From: an uncultured archaeon
Lineage (GTDB): Archaea; Thermoproteota; Bathyarchaeia; Bathyarchaeales; Bathycorpusculaceae
DNA length: 64,000 bases
Assembly (NCBI GenBank): GCA_963782915.1
Contig: CAWALK010000012.1
Location: 389,169 to 453,168 of the forward strand
Reading direction: 5' to 3'
Below, one piece after another: positions 17,979-31,222 of the stretch. The notes below the pieces were generated by a model that was not told the DNA's origin, did no database searches, and was given only the letters and a program-made list of their open reading frames with translations. Numbering within the stretch: the first letter of the stretch is position 1; every line of letters begins with the position of its first letter. The position numbers were made by a program, and so were the translations under genes.

Positions 17979-19811
17979 CTATTTTCTGCTGTTTTTTAGC
18001 TTGATGGTAACTGCAAGCAATGTGGCAAAAAGTACTGGTAATATTATGATTGATGTGAATTCGGGCGCGATGGGTGTAGCGGTTGGTGTTGAAGACGGGT
18101 TGGAGGGTGTAGAACTTGGTGGGGTGGATGCGCTGGAACCTGAAGGGGAAGGTGATGGTTGATTTTGAGTGAAGGTAGCTGTAACTGTTTTGTTAGTATC
18201 CATAGTGATTGTTGTGTTGCTTGCCCCGGAAGCGTCGCCGCTCCAACTGCTAAAAGTCCAGTCTTGAGCGTTAATGGCTGATAGGCTGACAGTTGTTCCA
18301 GGAGTAAAACTTTGGTTGCCGGGATAAACAAATCCACTGCCCACAGTGATAATAGTCAAGTCGTAGGGGATCTGAGTGAATGTGGCAGTTACTGTTTTGT
18401 CGTTGTTCATTGTGATTGAAGTGTTGCTTGTACCTGAGGCATCTCCGCTCCAGCCGTTGAAAATCCAGCCGTCAGCCGGTACAGCAACCAAATCTACAGT
18501 GTCTCCTGACATGTACGTCTGATTGCCAGACGATATAGTTCCTTGACCCACAGTGCATGTAGTTAAATTATAATTAATTCGCCCATTGTTATCCGTTAGA
18601 ATTAACCAGTATTGGTTGGTTGTTAAACTGTTATATGATTGTGATTCGCCGCCCAAAGCATAACCGAAAGGTGTCTGGATTATGTTCCAGCCTTGGTCAT
18701 ATTCTATTCCGCCGAATGTTTGATTCCATTCCATATTTCCGTTCTTATCTATTTTAAGTAACAAAAGGTCGTTGTGATTTCCCGTAACGGTTATGAAACC
18801 TGTTAATGCATATCCTACATCCGATGTCCTGATAAAATCGTTAACTCCACAGTAGGCATTTTCTCCGTATGCTCGGCTCCAAATCACAGTACCGTTCTCG
18901 TCAACGTTAACAAGCCAACAGTTACTTTTGTTAGGACCCCCAATGGATCCTACCACGGCAAAACCCGTAGATGTCCTTAAGATTCCACGAAAAGTACTAC
19001 TCGCATTGGCTTCTCCGTAGGTTTGGTTCCAAAGTTGGTTGCCTTCTGAATCCACCCTAATCAACCAGCCTTTAAAACCCGATTGAGAAGTGTTAGTACT
19101 ACCTGCTATTACATAGCCTTTGTCAGCGGTTTCAACCACTCCATAAGCAACATCCCAACCATTATAACCGAAGTATTTACTCCATTGCATGTTTCCTAAT
19201 GAATCCGTTTTTACGATAAAAAAATCGTAACTCCCCGCTCCATAGGAGTCAGTACAACCGATTACCATATAGCCGCCATCAGAGGTTTCGATAAGATTCA
19301 TGCCGTAATCAGTACCTGTTCCTCCGTATGTTTTCATCCACTGTTGGGTACCGTTCTCGTCAATTTTAACCAACCATACATTGGCATCGCTGAGGTTTGT
19401 TCCATAGGAGCTAGAATAACCCGTAAATGCGTATCCTCCATCAGAACAATTAACTATACTATACGCAAAATCGGCACCTATAGAGCCGTATGATTTGTTC
19501 CATTGCTCAACTCCTGCTGAATCCACTTTAACAAGCCAAGCATCAAAAAATGTTATTGGTATATTCAATTGGTTACCTGCGATAACGTATCCTCCATCGG
19601 TGCCCATGGCTAACCCATAACTCGAACATGAGCTACCGTTACTGTATGTCCAATTTCCATATGTTGCAGAAATAAGTGGTTGATAAGCTGCGTCAGAGGA
19701 TATTTTGGCAGGGTCTTTGGTTGCTGAAACCATATTTTCCGCTAAATTCAAGCATAAGGATAATGTTAGTATACAGAAAATGAGTGTTGTAGCGATTTTA
19801 TTTGCTTTCAT
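17979..19811 (-). CDS. Beta-propeller surface protein with two InlB B-type repeats and a PEF-CTERM-like sorting signal
   Basis: Repeated DGGY..WLVK.D..G..W.KTYG units; FxxWSGDASG..TVTATF repeats; S/T/P linker; APEF + TM + basic tail. Confidence 0.8.
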   Translation of the reverse strand: MKANKIATTLIFCILTLSLCLNLAENMVSATKDPAKISSDAAYQPLISATYGNWTYSNGSSCSSYGLAMGTDGGYVIAGNQLNIPITFFDAWLVKVDSAGVEQWNKSYGSIGADFAYSIVNCSDGGYAFTGYSSSYGTNLSDANVWLVKIDENGTQQWMKTYGGTGTDYGMNLIETSDGGYMVIGCTDSYGAGSYDFFIVKTDSLGNMQWSKYFGYNGWDVAYGVVETADKGYVIAGSTNTSQSGFKGWLIRVDSEGNQLWNQTYGEANASSTFRGILRTSTGFAVVGSIGGPNKSNCWLVNVDENGTVIWSRAYGENAYCGVNDFIRTSDVGYALTGFITVTGNHNDLLLLKIDKNGNMEWNQTFGGIEYDQGWNIIQTPFGYALGGESQSYNSLTTNQYWLILTDNNGRINYNLTTCTVGQGTISSGNQTYMSGDTVDLVAVPADGWIFNGWSGDASGTSNTSITMNNDKTVTATFTQIPYDLTIITVGSGFVYPGNQSFTPGTTVSLSAINAQDWTFSSWSGDASGASNTTITMDTNKTVTATFTQNQPSPSPSGSSASTPPSSTPSNPSSTPTATPIAPEFTSIIILPVLFATLLAVTIKLKNSRK

Positions 19812-20561
19812 CTTAGCGCCGACTACAATTTAAGTTGGTATTTGATCACGTAATACATAAAAGGTTAACTCAAAAACCGCTGCTTATCTTAGCCGATGAA
19901 AAACCGGATAATAAACCCGATCAATAGAGCCTCTATAGATTATTTGTGGAAGCATTAAGAGCGCATTCCCTGATCAATAGTGATTGCCCATAAATGTTAG
20001 ACAAATTGGCTGGCGAATCAGCGTTTAACTATCCACATAGTTTTCGCCACTTCTAACGTCCCTTGTTAAACGCTAGATTCGACCAGCAATAAATCTTTTC
20101 CAAACAAACTCTTGGCATAAAGTTGACGACTCTAAAGTAACACAAGCAGTTGAAGCATAGAAGGGGAGGGGAGGTACCTCTGAGACAGGTAGGTCCTCTT
20201 GTTGCTGCTTTTTATAGGGGATAGGGCGGTCTTGGCAGAGCAACAAACCCCTATCTAAGTTGACTTCGGCACTGCTTGCGAAAAGCGCCATAACCAGCCA
20301 GCAAACCCGCACGAACGCCGAACCCAAAACAGACACACCAATTTAAACGGACACAGCCAAAAACAAGTGCCCAAACAACACATTATTTACCCAACAAACG
20401 CCCATCAACCAGCACTCTTACCTAACACACACTGAAGCCTGCCAAAACAGCGTATGCAACCGTTGAGCCTATAAATAAGGGGGATAGAGAAAAAAATCGC
20501 ACGTAAGAGCATCCGCTTGGATGTCATCAAAAATAAAAACCCCCGAAACTCATTTTCTATT

Positions 20562-20948
20562 ATGACAAAAGCACAAGAAAAACAGCAAACAATAGACGAA
20601 GTATTAAACAGCCTAAACCCCCAACAGAAAGAAACCCTCCAAAACCTCCGCCAACTCATCAAAAACGCCGTTCCCGAAACCGTTGAAGTAGTCAAACAGG
20701 GCAAAATCACCTACAAACTCGAAGGCAAAGACTTCGTATGGATAACCAATTACCAGCAACATGTTGACCTCGAATTCGCGATGGGCAGCAGCCTCTCCTC
20801 AGAATTGCTCAAAAGCCGAGGCGTGGCTGAGCAAAGCCAAAACGTGCGCCATGTCGCGGTAGGAAATTATGTGTTGGTTAAGCCTGAGTTGGAGCGGCTT
20901 GTTCGGGAAGCAGCAACATTAGGTTTCGAGCACTGCACAACCAGATAA
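20562..20948 (+). CDS. DUF1801/YdhG-like protein
   Basis: IDEVL..LRQLIKNAVPETVEVVKQG..HVDLEF..G..RHV pattern. Confidence 0.7.
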   Translation: MTKAQEKQQTIDEVLNSLNPQQKETLQNLRQLIKNAVPETVEVVKQGKITYKLEGKDFVWITNYQQHVDLEFAMGSSLSSELLKSRGVAEQSQNVRHVAVGNYVLVKPELERLVREAATLGFEHCTTR

Positions 20949-21088
20949 CTGCTTGGTTTTGGGTCTAGGAAGCAGACTTAACAGCTTGCACACTGCACTT
21001 CGCAAAACAGCAAAGCCGTCTTCACAAAATTAGCGAATTTGCTTTCTTAAAAAGTGTTAATTTGGCATAGCGCTAAGTAGGTTTCCAA

Positions 21089-21430
21089 GTGATTGGTATG
21101 GAAGCGAATGCATGTTATGGTTGCCGGTTTGGTTCCATAAAAATCGACATCTTGGCACCCGAAGACATTGACCAGAAAGAATTAGTCGGGGAAACAAAAA
21201 AGTTTACAACACACATCGCTGAAGCAACCAAACACAAACGTATCCACTATTCAGTAACTACTAAACCCCAAAAAGCCTCTAACATAGACTTCAACGTTAA
21301 CTGCACCTGCATCCTAAACGTGAAGAAACATGATTGCTCAAACTTCAATCATGCCCATAACCTAAGAATAAAGCATCTTGACCGCCAGAGTAAACTGCCT
21401 CACTTAGAAGTTACGCAACGGTTTTGGTAA
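21089..21430 (+). CDS. Hypothetical protein
   Basis: 113-aa ORF with no recognised motif. Confidence 0.35.
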   Translation: MIGMEANACYGCRFGSIKIDILAPEDIDQKELVGETKKFTTHIAEATKHKRIHYSVTTKPQKASNIDFNVNCTCILNVKKHDCSNFNHAHNLRIKHLDRQSKLPHLEVTQRFW

Positions 21431-21474
21431 TTCTAAATTCTATTTCTTGGATCGGATTTAAAAATTTAAATCGC

Positions 21475-21666
21475 TTACAGCAGCGCCGAAGCCACCAAAG
21501 CCAAAACCAACCCCACCACAACTACACCGACCACTATGCCAACGTTTGAGAGCATCCGGTAAACTTGCCCATTCTTACGCAGTTTCCAGAGAACCAATTC
21601 AACAACAACAGCAAAAACCACAACAAACAGTACGGAAAGCGGGAAAGGTATCAGCCCAAACGCCAC
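21475..21666 (-). CDS. Small two-TM membrane protein
   Basis: Hydrophobic ORF directly downstream of cysteine synthase. Confidence 0.5.
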   Translation of the reverse strand: MAFGLIPFPLSVLFVVVFAVVVELVLWKLRKNGQVYRMLSNVGIVVGVVVVGLVLALVASALL

Positions 21667-21679
21667 AGCAAACCATTCC

Positions 21680-22666
21680 TCAGATTGTGTTTATGTCGCC
21701 TTTTAGCACTGGGTCGCCATCACGGTAGCTACAGCGGATACCAAACTTTCTGACACATTCCAAACACAGATTCGGATCGCACAGTGTGGTGCTCAGATAC
21801 TTTTCGCCGCCATCTGGAGCAATGCAGACGATTACGCCTTCTTTGAGTTCTTTGGCTTTCTGCATGGCAACATGGAAGATTGCGCCTGAGCTTGGACCCA
21901 CAAAAATTTCTTCCTGCAAAGCCATCAACCTTGCCGTTTCATCCGCAACTTTCGGGTTAACATACGCGATTTCGTCAACGAGTTTAGGATTCCAAATCTT
22001 TGGGATATGCTGCGTTTTTAGGTCCTTTAAGCCCTGAATGGCTGTGCCTACTTCGGGTTGTACCCCAATAATTTGGACTTTGGGATTGTACTCTTTTAGG
22101 CGCTTAGAAATTCCCATTAAGGTTCCTGTAGTGCCCATGCCAGCCACTAAATGGGTGACTTTGCCGTCTGTGTCCCGCCAAATCTCAGGTGCAGTCGTTT
22201 CATAATGCGCTAAAACGTTGGCTTGGCTTGCGAATTGGTTGGGCATGAAGTATTTGTTTGGGTTTTTAGCGGCGATTTCTTTAGCTAAATCCTCTGCGCC
22301 ATCCATCCCTTTAGCGCCATCACTAAGCAGCACCTTTGCACCCAAAGAAATCAGCATTTGCCGCCGTTCCATACTCATGGTTTCAGGCATAACAATCACC
22401 GCATCATAGCCTTTAGCACGGCAGACCAATGCGATGCCGATGCCTGTGTTGCCGCTTGTAGGTTCAATAACGGTTTTGCCGCTGGTTAATTGCCCTGTTT
22501 TTTCGGCTTGCTCAATCATGTAGAGTGCGATGCGGTCTTTTATGGAGCCGCTTGGATTAGCTTTTTCGAGTTTAACGTACATTTCAAGGTCTGGGTTTGG
22601 GTTTAAGCGTTGGATTTTGACGAGGGGTGTGTTGCCGATTAAGTCGAGGATAGTTTTTGTGTTCAA
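21680..22666 (-). CDS. cysK: Cysteine synthase (CysK/CysM family, PLP-dependent)
   Basis: IGNTPLV, NPSGSIKDR, EPTSGNTG, GMGTTGT, GPSSG, PDGGEKYLS. Confidence 0.92.
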   Translation of the reverse strand: MNTKTILDLIGNTPLVKIQRLNPNPDLEMYVKLEKANPSGSIKDRIALYMIEQAEKTGQLTSGKTVIEPTSGNTGIGIALVCRAKGYDAVIVMPETMSMERRQMLISLGAKVLLSDGAKGMDGAEDLAKEIAAKNPNKYFMPNQFASQANVLAHYETTAPEIWRDTDGKVTHLVAGMGTTGTLMGISKRLKEYNPKVQIIGVQPEVGTAIQGLKDLKTQHIPKIWNPKLVDEIAYVNPKVADETARLMALQEEIFVGPSSGAIFHVAMQKAKELKEGVIVCIAPDGGEKYLSTTLCDPNLCLECVRKFGIRCSYRDGDPVLKGDINTI

Positions 22667-22796
22667 CTGTTTGCACCTTGAAGTGGTGATAGCTAAGCAG
22701 TCTGTATTAATAAAATATTACCAAAATGCCAAAATAACGTTAAACAAAATTTTTTGCGATGAATCCTTTACGAAGAAGACCCAAAAATTGGGGGAA

Positions 22797-24128
22797 TTAG
22801 GTGTGTTTTGTGTACACCAACACAAACGTTAATGCAAGGACCAGTACACCGACCGCTATTATTAACGCTGAGGTTAAGTCTGAAATTTGGTTTGTAGGTT
22901 GTGTGGTTGGGGTGGCTGTTGGTTGATCTGTAGGTGATTCAGTTGGCGTTGGCGTTATGGTTTGTGTGGGTGTTGGAGTTGGGGTTGGTGCGGCGGTTGG
23001 TTTGGGTGTGGCTGTGGGGTTAATGGTTACTGTTGGATTGGGTGTGTTGGTGGGTTCGGGGGTTGGTGTTGGTTGTGTGCTTGGGGTGGGTGTTGTTGTT
23101 GGACTTGTTGTAGGTGTAGGAGTTGGAGATGGTGTCGGGGTTGGGGCAGTTGTTGGTGTAGGGCTGGGTGTTGGAGTTGGTGTAGGCGTTGGGGCTATTG
23201 TTGGAGTGGGTGTTGGGCTTGGGGTTGGTGTCGGAGTAGCGGTTGGTGTTGGTGTAGGAGTTGGCGTTGGTGTGGGTGTTGGGGACGGTGTAGGACTTGG
23301 AGTCGGCGAAGGCGTAGCCGTGGAGTAGGAGATGGCGATGGTGTAGGTGTTGGGGTTGATAGCGGCGTTACGTCAAAGAAAACGTCACTCAACGTCTTGA
23401 CCGTATAGCCATTGCCAGCCAGATAAGCCATCTGTGCTGCGAAGTTATCGATTGTAACTGTCTCGTCAGCAGTGTCAGTATTGTCTATTCTATGGTAGAG
23501 TAATATGGCGATGTTTGAGCCCTGGACATTGTACAGGGTTGATTCGAAATAGGGTAAATTGGTTGTGATTCCAATGGGATCAGAGTTTAGGGCATAATAG
23601 TCCAATGCTGGATTGCTTAGGTCAATGGGTCCATCTACTGTTCCTCTTGCAATAAGATAACCCGCATCTTTCACGGCTTGTTTTACTGTATCGTTATCGA
23701 ATCCTAAACCTTCAGGGTAAATCAAAGCTCCCGCTTGAATGCCATGTGTGCTCCAAGATTTGCTTACTATTTACTAATTCCATGTGTAATACTGAAGTGC
23801 TTACGTTTATGAGGTCTAAGTGGCTGTAGGTGTGGCTTTCTATGTCATAGCCGGTTTTTGAGAGGGTTTCTATCTGTGCCCAGGACATGTAATCTGGATA
23901 TTTACCGTCGATGGCTTTTGGGTAAATTGCGAAGCTTGCTTTGAAACCATAGCTTTCTAGGATGGGTAAAGCGTTTGTGTATTGGCTGATCCATCCATCA
24001 TCAAACATGAGGACAACTACTTTTTCGGTTGATGCCGGAATTTTCGGCGCTAACGTGACTGTTGCTTGCACAGTAATCAAAGAGGCAAGCATGATTACGA
24101 TGAATAGGATTCCTATTTGACGTTTCAT
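22797..24128 (-). CDS. Secreted polysaccharide deacetylase (NodB) with Thr-Pro linker and C-terminal TM; frameshifted
   Basis: MFDDG, ESHTYSH, YPEG, LLYHRI; ORFs 23712-24128 and 23195-23725 plus a TP repeat frame ending in a TM helix. Confidence 0.8.
22900..23360 (-). repeat. Low-complexity (Thr-Pro)n coding repeat
   Basis: ggtgtt/ggagtt/ggcgtt hexamer tract. Confidence 0.85.
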
Positions 24129-24391
24129 ATTTTTTTCTCTCCCTTCCTTGTTTTCCTGATGTCTTCCATGCTGTCAAGCGGAGGATGTCCTGTTGGCCAA
24201 TGGAATGACATAAGGGCACCGTTGGTCGGTTGTGTAGTACATGGTTCGAAAAGGAGTTATAAAAATCTATTGCATATTTTAGGATAATAAACAATTAAAC
24301 AAAGGCGTTATCTACAGACAACCAAAAGCTCACTAAACTGCTCTATCTCAGGGGCAAACTCTCAAAAAACAAGGCAACACGCGATTATCGA

Positions 24392-24616
24392 CTAAAGTCC
24401 CGTTAGAAGCCTCAATTCTTCATCGATCACTCTAATCCGTTGTAGTGCATCAAAATTTATTTGCTTCCAATGATTAACACTTTCAGGCAATTTTTCATTT
24501 TTAGTGGCGTCTTCGGACATTTTAAGAATTATTGCCCATTCACGTTTGCGTTCCTCAAGAAAACAAATCTTCACGTTTTCAGGTAAAGACTCAGGTAATA
24601 ACGTTTTAAGCATCAA
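24392..24616 (-). CDS. Hypothetical protein
   Basis: 74-aa ORF with protein-like composition. Confidence 0.35.
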   Translation of the reverse strand: MMLKTLLPESLPENVKICFLEERKREWAIILKMSEDATKNEKLPESVNHWKQINFDALQRIRVIDEELRLLTGL

Positions 24617-25200
24617 TAACCAACTCCATTTCTAAAAATACTCGTGGAAGGCAAATGCTTCAAAAGGGCGATTGCCCCAATTCTAAACAATTGTCTGCAC
24701 TTCCGCCCTGATAGCTTTCTAAATGCCAATTCTGGATGAGGCGATCTTAAAACTATTTTTCAGGTATTCGCACTGTACTTAGCAAGGGTAGACACAACCA
24801 AAAAACGACTGAAAACCAACTTTCAAGCCGTGAACTTACAATATAGGTATAATTCTATTCAATTTATTTAACATTTTGCTACGAAAACAGGGGAGCACTA
24901 ACTCTAAAAACAACAAATTGCTGATAAAACAATGCATGCCATGCCTATTAGAAAAAATGAGGTGTACAAATAACTCGCATGGAAGTCCAAAAATATCATT
25001 TAGTAATCAAACAAGTTAGTTTATGCGTTGCCGAAAAAGAGTGAAATGGGCTATCTTCCTGCGTAGGATGTTCAAGTCCTGCCTCTGCCAGACATTTTTA
25101 AATTAAACTGGAGTTTGGCGGCTGGTGGGTTTGTTATTGTCTTGTGATAACACGATTTGGAAAAAGAATGGAAAGTAATAGCAGCTAAGATAGTTGCCTA

Positions 25201-25479
25201 TTACTTGTGTTCTTTGAGAACAGTCATCGGTGAAGTGCTAGTTTCCGCGATGCCCGGCATAGCCCTTAAGACCTCGCCTATAAAGTGAAGGCTATTTTCG
25301 TTGCTGTCGGCTTTGAAGAAAAGAACGAAATCCCAATATCCATACAAGCTCCAAGAAGACTCCACCATTACTCCCTTCATTGGTTCAGTAGGCATCTTTT
25401 GGAATGCTTCCCAGAATTCGCCGCCCTTCCCTGAAACTGTTTTGATTAGAACTTGATATTTGTTCATTGTTTTTTCCAT
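25201..25479 (-). CDS. Stand-alone Lrp/AsnC ligand-binding (RAM/GYD-like) domain protein
   Basis: SLYGYWDFVLFFKA...LRAMPGIAETSTS. Confidence 0.7.
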   Translation of the reverse strand: MEKTMNKYQVLIKTVSGKGGEFWEAFQKMPTEPMKGVMVESSWSLYGYWDFVLFFKADSNENSLHFIGEVLRAMPGIAETSTSPMTVLKEHK

Positions 25480-26231
25480 TTAAAACACCTTTCTTATTTT
25501 TTGTTGAGTCATGCCTTTAAGACTCTGTGATTGCATAACACCAACCACAACCGCTCAACCACCTAAACTAAATCAGGCTATAACTTTTGCAATTGGGCCG
25601 TTTTAATATGAAGTAAATAACGAATGACTTCTTTTCATTTGTTGCTTTGGGAGAGGCAAACCGAATAAGCGCGGGTGACCATTAGTCACTGTAAGGGGGT
25701 AATCAAAATCAAGAACAAAGCAAAGAACAAACCGAAAAGCGAAGTAAAAGGCCAAACAAAAAACAAAGGCAAAAAAGCTTGGAAACAACAGTAAAAACGC
25801 ACTCAATGCGTTGGTAATGGCAGTCTAAGGCTATGTCTTTTCGTGGCCTATTCCCATTGCCGGTCTTAGCAGAAAAGGTTTAACTCTGTATAGAAAAACG
25901 TTGTCCGCAATCAAGAATGGGTTGAAACGGCGTATCTATATTATTCTGTGGTTCAAGTACAGCCTTCGAATCACACTTTTTCAGAACAGTTGGGTTGAGT
26001 TGTGGACTCTTGTAGTAGTTAAAATCGTTCGGATGATTCTGTTTTATAGTGCAAGATTTAATTGGTTTCACATTTTTCAGGTGTGTTTTTTATTCATGCA
26101 TTGCCCGCTAACTTTTCAAACAGGTTAGCAACTTATTGTAACCTGATCGATGTGTAACATACAGAAATAATAGGGTATTATACGCAAATGTTTTATGTGC
26201 TAGTGCTCCAAATTAGAATGTGGAGATGCAA

Positions 26232-26541
26232 GATGCCAAGTGCATATGTATTATTCAATATCTCCCCCGGTTTTGAAGACGCAGTTCTACAAGAAGCTAG
26301 AAAAACAGGCGGAATACAAGAAGCATACGTTTCTTATGGCGTCTACGACTTGATTGTTAAAGCCACAGCTAAGTCAAATGAAGAACTAAAAGAATTAGTG
26401 ATGTTCAGACTGAGAAGAATCCCAAACGTGACGGCTACATTAACGTTAATGCTAAACGACCAACAAATCCCCATAATAGGGCCAACCAAACGAAAAGAAT
26501 CTCATCCGCAACTTCCGCCAATAGCCCCCCTTATTCATTGA
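26232..26541 (+). CDS. Stand-alone Lrp/AsnC ligand-binding domain protein
   Basis: AYVLFN..G.E..V..YGVYDLIVK..LRRIPNVTATLTL. Confidence 0.8.
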
Positions 26542-26544
26542 GGG

Positions 26545-27399
26545 TTAATGTGGCTGGACTGCTTTTCTCTGCAAAAACGTATTCACTGAATCAATGAGTG
26601 TTTCGCATGCGAACCAACGTTCCTCCAAGGATACATCTGTCTCTAAATCCTCAATTTTTTTCTGGAACTTCTTGATATCCTCAAGCACCGGTTCTTTTCG
26701 CTTGTCAAATTCTTCCCGAAGTTTCTTCTGAGCTTGCTTTAAATCAAGCATTGCTAGTTCAAGCTGAGTTTGTTTTTCCGTTAGTTCTTCAATTATCGCG
26801 ATTTCTCGGCGTTCTCTCTCTTTTTTGGAAACGCGATGGAAAAAACCACTTTTCATTTTGATAATGGTTTCATGTTCCTTTTTAAGTTGCTCTATCTGGC
26901 GGTTTAGGTGCCTGAGTTCGCTGTTTTTTTGACCCCTGACACTGCTTGTTTTTGTTGCGTATTCGTTGTTTATTTGTTGGAGGCGATTTTTGTTTTCTGC
27001 CAAGTGTTTTACTTCTTTATCGACTGTTGTTTCTCTGCGGCGTATCTGTTCAAGTGTAAGCTTAATGCCTGATAGCGCTTGTGAGCATTCAGCGGTGAAT
27101 TCGTTGTCTATGCCTATATTTGGGTTAGATGTGAATTCTGCTAAAACAGTTTCCACGGTTGCGAGCCAACGATCAAAATGTTCGCTGTAAGGAAATGAAC
27201 CAAATTTTTGATTACCCAAAGTGTGGAGTCGCTTAAGGGTATCTTCTGTAATCTCTTGTTGGGTGGCAATATGCCTCTGCTCTTCCACTGATTGGGCATG
27301 GCTTTTGCGTAGTCTTTTTTTGTCTTTGCCTTTTTCGCGGAATGGTTTTTTGTATTCGCGATTAGTGCCTTTAGGCGATTTTGCAGGCTGGTAACCCAT
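26545..27399 (-). CDS. Coiled-coil hypothetical protein
   Basis: 284 aa, basic N-terminus, E/K/Q-rich heptads. Confidence 0.7.
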   Translation of the reverse strand: MGYQPAKSPKGTNREYKKPFREKGKDKKRLRKSHAQSVEEQRHIATQQEITEDTLKRLHTLGNQKFGSFPYSEHFDRWLATVETVLAEFTSNPNIGIDNEFTAECSQALSGIKLTLEQIRRRETTVDKEVKHLAENKNRLQQINNEYATKTSSVRGQKNSELRHLNRQIEQLKKEHETIIKMKSGFFHRVSKKERERREIAIIEELTEKQTQLELAMLDLKQAQKKLREEFDKRKEPVLEDIKKFQKKIEDLETDVSLEERWFACETLIDSVNTFLQRKAVQPH

Positions 27400-27580
27400 G
27401 ACCCAAGGGTATTCTTTTTGAAGTATTTAGATTATGCCCAATTCTGCCTTAATTATCGTCAAATTTGGGCTGTTTTTAATATTTCACAAGAATTGAAAAT
27501 ATTGTTTCGTACTATACAATGTATATAACCTCCAGAAACAATACACCGCTAACAAGAAACCAAATTAAGGGAAAATAAAA

Positions 27581-30034
<2,454 letters not shown>

Positions 30035-30184
30035 TAACCCACAACCAATCCTTTTCTTTTTTCTTTTATTTAGTCTCTATCCCTTCTAGTTGATTACCTA
30101 AAATCCAACGCGAAATCCTGAAGAAAACTGCTTTTGTTAGAGAACATAAATAAGCATTAATCTCCGTTCCATTCTTCGACTAAT

Positions 30185-30754
30185 ATGAAATCAATCTGTC
30201 AAGTCTGCAACCAACCCTACCGAGGAATAGCATTAAACACAGTCAAAGACGGCAAAGCCGTTGAAGTCTGCCCAAACTGCTACAAAACCCTCGATGCAGA
30301 ATACCGAAAAAACAGTTGTTTAGCGTGTGTCTTATTCCATGTAGGAACATGTGAACTCTATGGAACCGAACTAGAGGAACCCTACGTACAGAACGCTAAA
30401 TGTGAACACTTCACAACCAGCACAGACTCAAAAAATGCTTCTGCAGCGAGGATTAAGAAGTTTGAAATGATGGGTCGCTTTGAAGATGCCGCTAAAGAGT
30501 ACGAAAAGCTCGGCAATAAAGAAAAAGCAGAGGAAGCACGCAAGCAAATCAAAGAAAAATCGTTTACTTTACTGAGTATTGACGAAGCTATCGAACAATT
30601 GGGCAAACGAGGGCAAACATTAACTTATTTCTGCTGCCACTGTGGTGCTTCACTAAAAGTTGGCGGAAAACAAGAAATACAAAAAACATGCCCCAACTGC
30701 AAGTATGACTTGTCAGCTATTGACCTTGGAAAATTAATCAGTCAACACCTATAA
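30185..30754 (+). CDS. Multi-zinc-finger hypothetical protein
   Basis: CQVC, CPNC, CLAC, CCHC and CPNC motifs. Confidence 0.7.
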   Translation: MKSICQVCNQPYRGIALNTVKDGKAVEVCPNCYKTLDAEYRKNSCLACVLFHVGTCELYGTELEEPYVQNAKCEHFTTSTDSKNASAARIKKFEMMGRFEDAAKEYEKLGNKEKAEEARKQIKEKSFTLLSIDEAIEQLGKRGQTLTYFCCHCGASLKVGGKQEIQKTCPNCKYDLSAIDLGKLISQHL

Positions 30755-31222
30755 TTGCATTGACTAACTGTATCGAAGCTGACATCCCCTCGCAGTGAAA
30801 GCGGACGTTTTTACATACGTTCCGCATTTTAATTTCTAAAAACCTGTTAGCATTTGTATGCTATGCTACCGCTTTATCACTAATTATCCTGCAAAGAAGT
30901 GGCTATATTGTCTGTTTGTATGTTTTGCAAAGAAGCATCAAAAAAACTGCAGATGTAACTATTCATAGCTCTTCTTTCGGTTTACCGCCAAAAAGCTTTT
31001 TTAGGCCGCTGTAGTGGGCGAATAAGATTCCCATGAATAACAGACTAAAAAAATTAGACACCTGTCCAATTTGTTTAGTCGTCACCATCGAGGTGCCCCA
31101 TCAGACGGCACCACCGGTTAATTCTCAAACTTAAAAGGCACCTTCTATGCTTGAAATTTTGTTTCCCTGTAGCTTAGCCGTTTTCCTTTTCTCTTCAATC
31201 ATGCCCACTGGTAGGTTCCAAG

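Noticed and set aside
22957-23408. Val-Gly-rich and Cys/Trp-rich plus-strand ORFs
   Set aside because: Antisense shadows of the Thr-Pro linker of the minus-strand deacetylase.
25025-25089. tRNA-like relic (gtaggatgttcaagtcctgcctctgcca)
   Set aside because: Only a distorted T-arm-like hairpin; no acceptor or anticodon stem can be built.
25650-25692. c-di-GMP-I riboswitch (GGCAAACC start)
   Set aside because: Lacks the GNRA-capped stem, the GCAAA junction and the receptor stem.
30990-31220. Fluoride riboswitch upstream of the Hyf/Ehr operon
   Set aside because: No GAUG-pseudoknot / CUrAUG consensus is visible; only a short GGUGCC/GGCACC hairpin.
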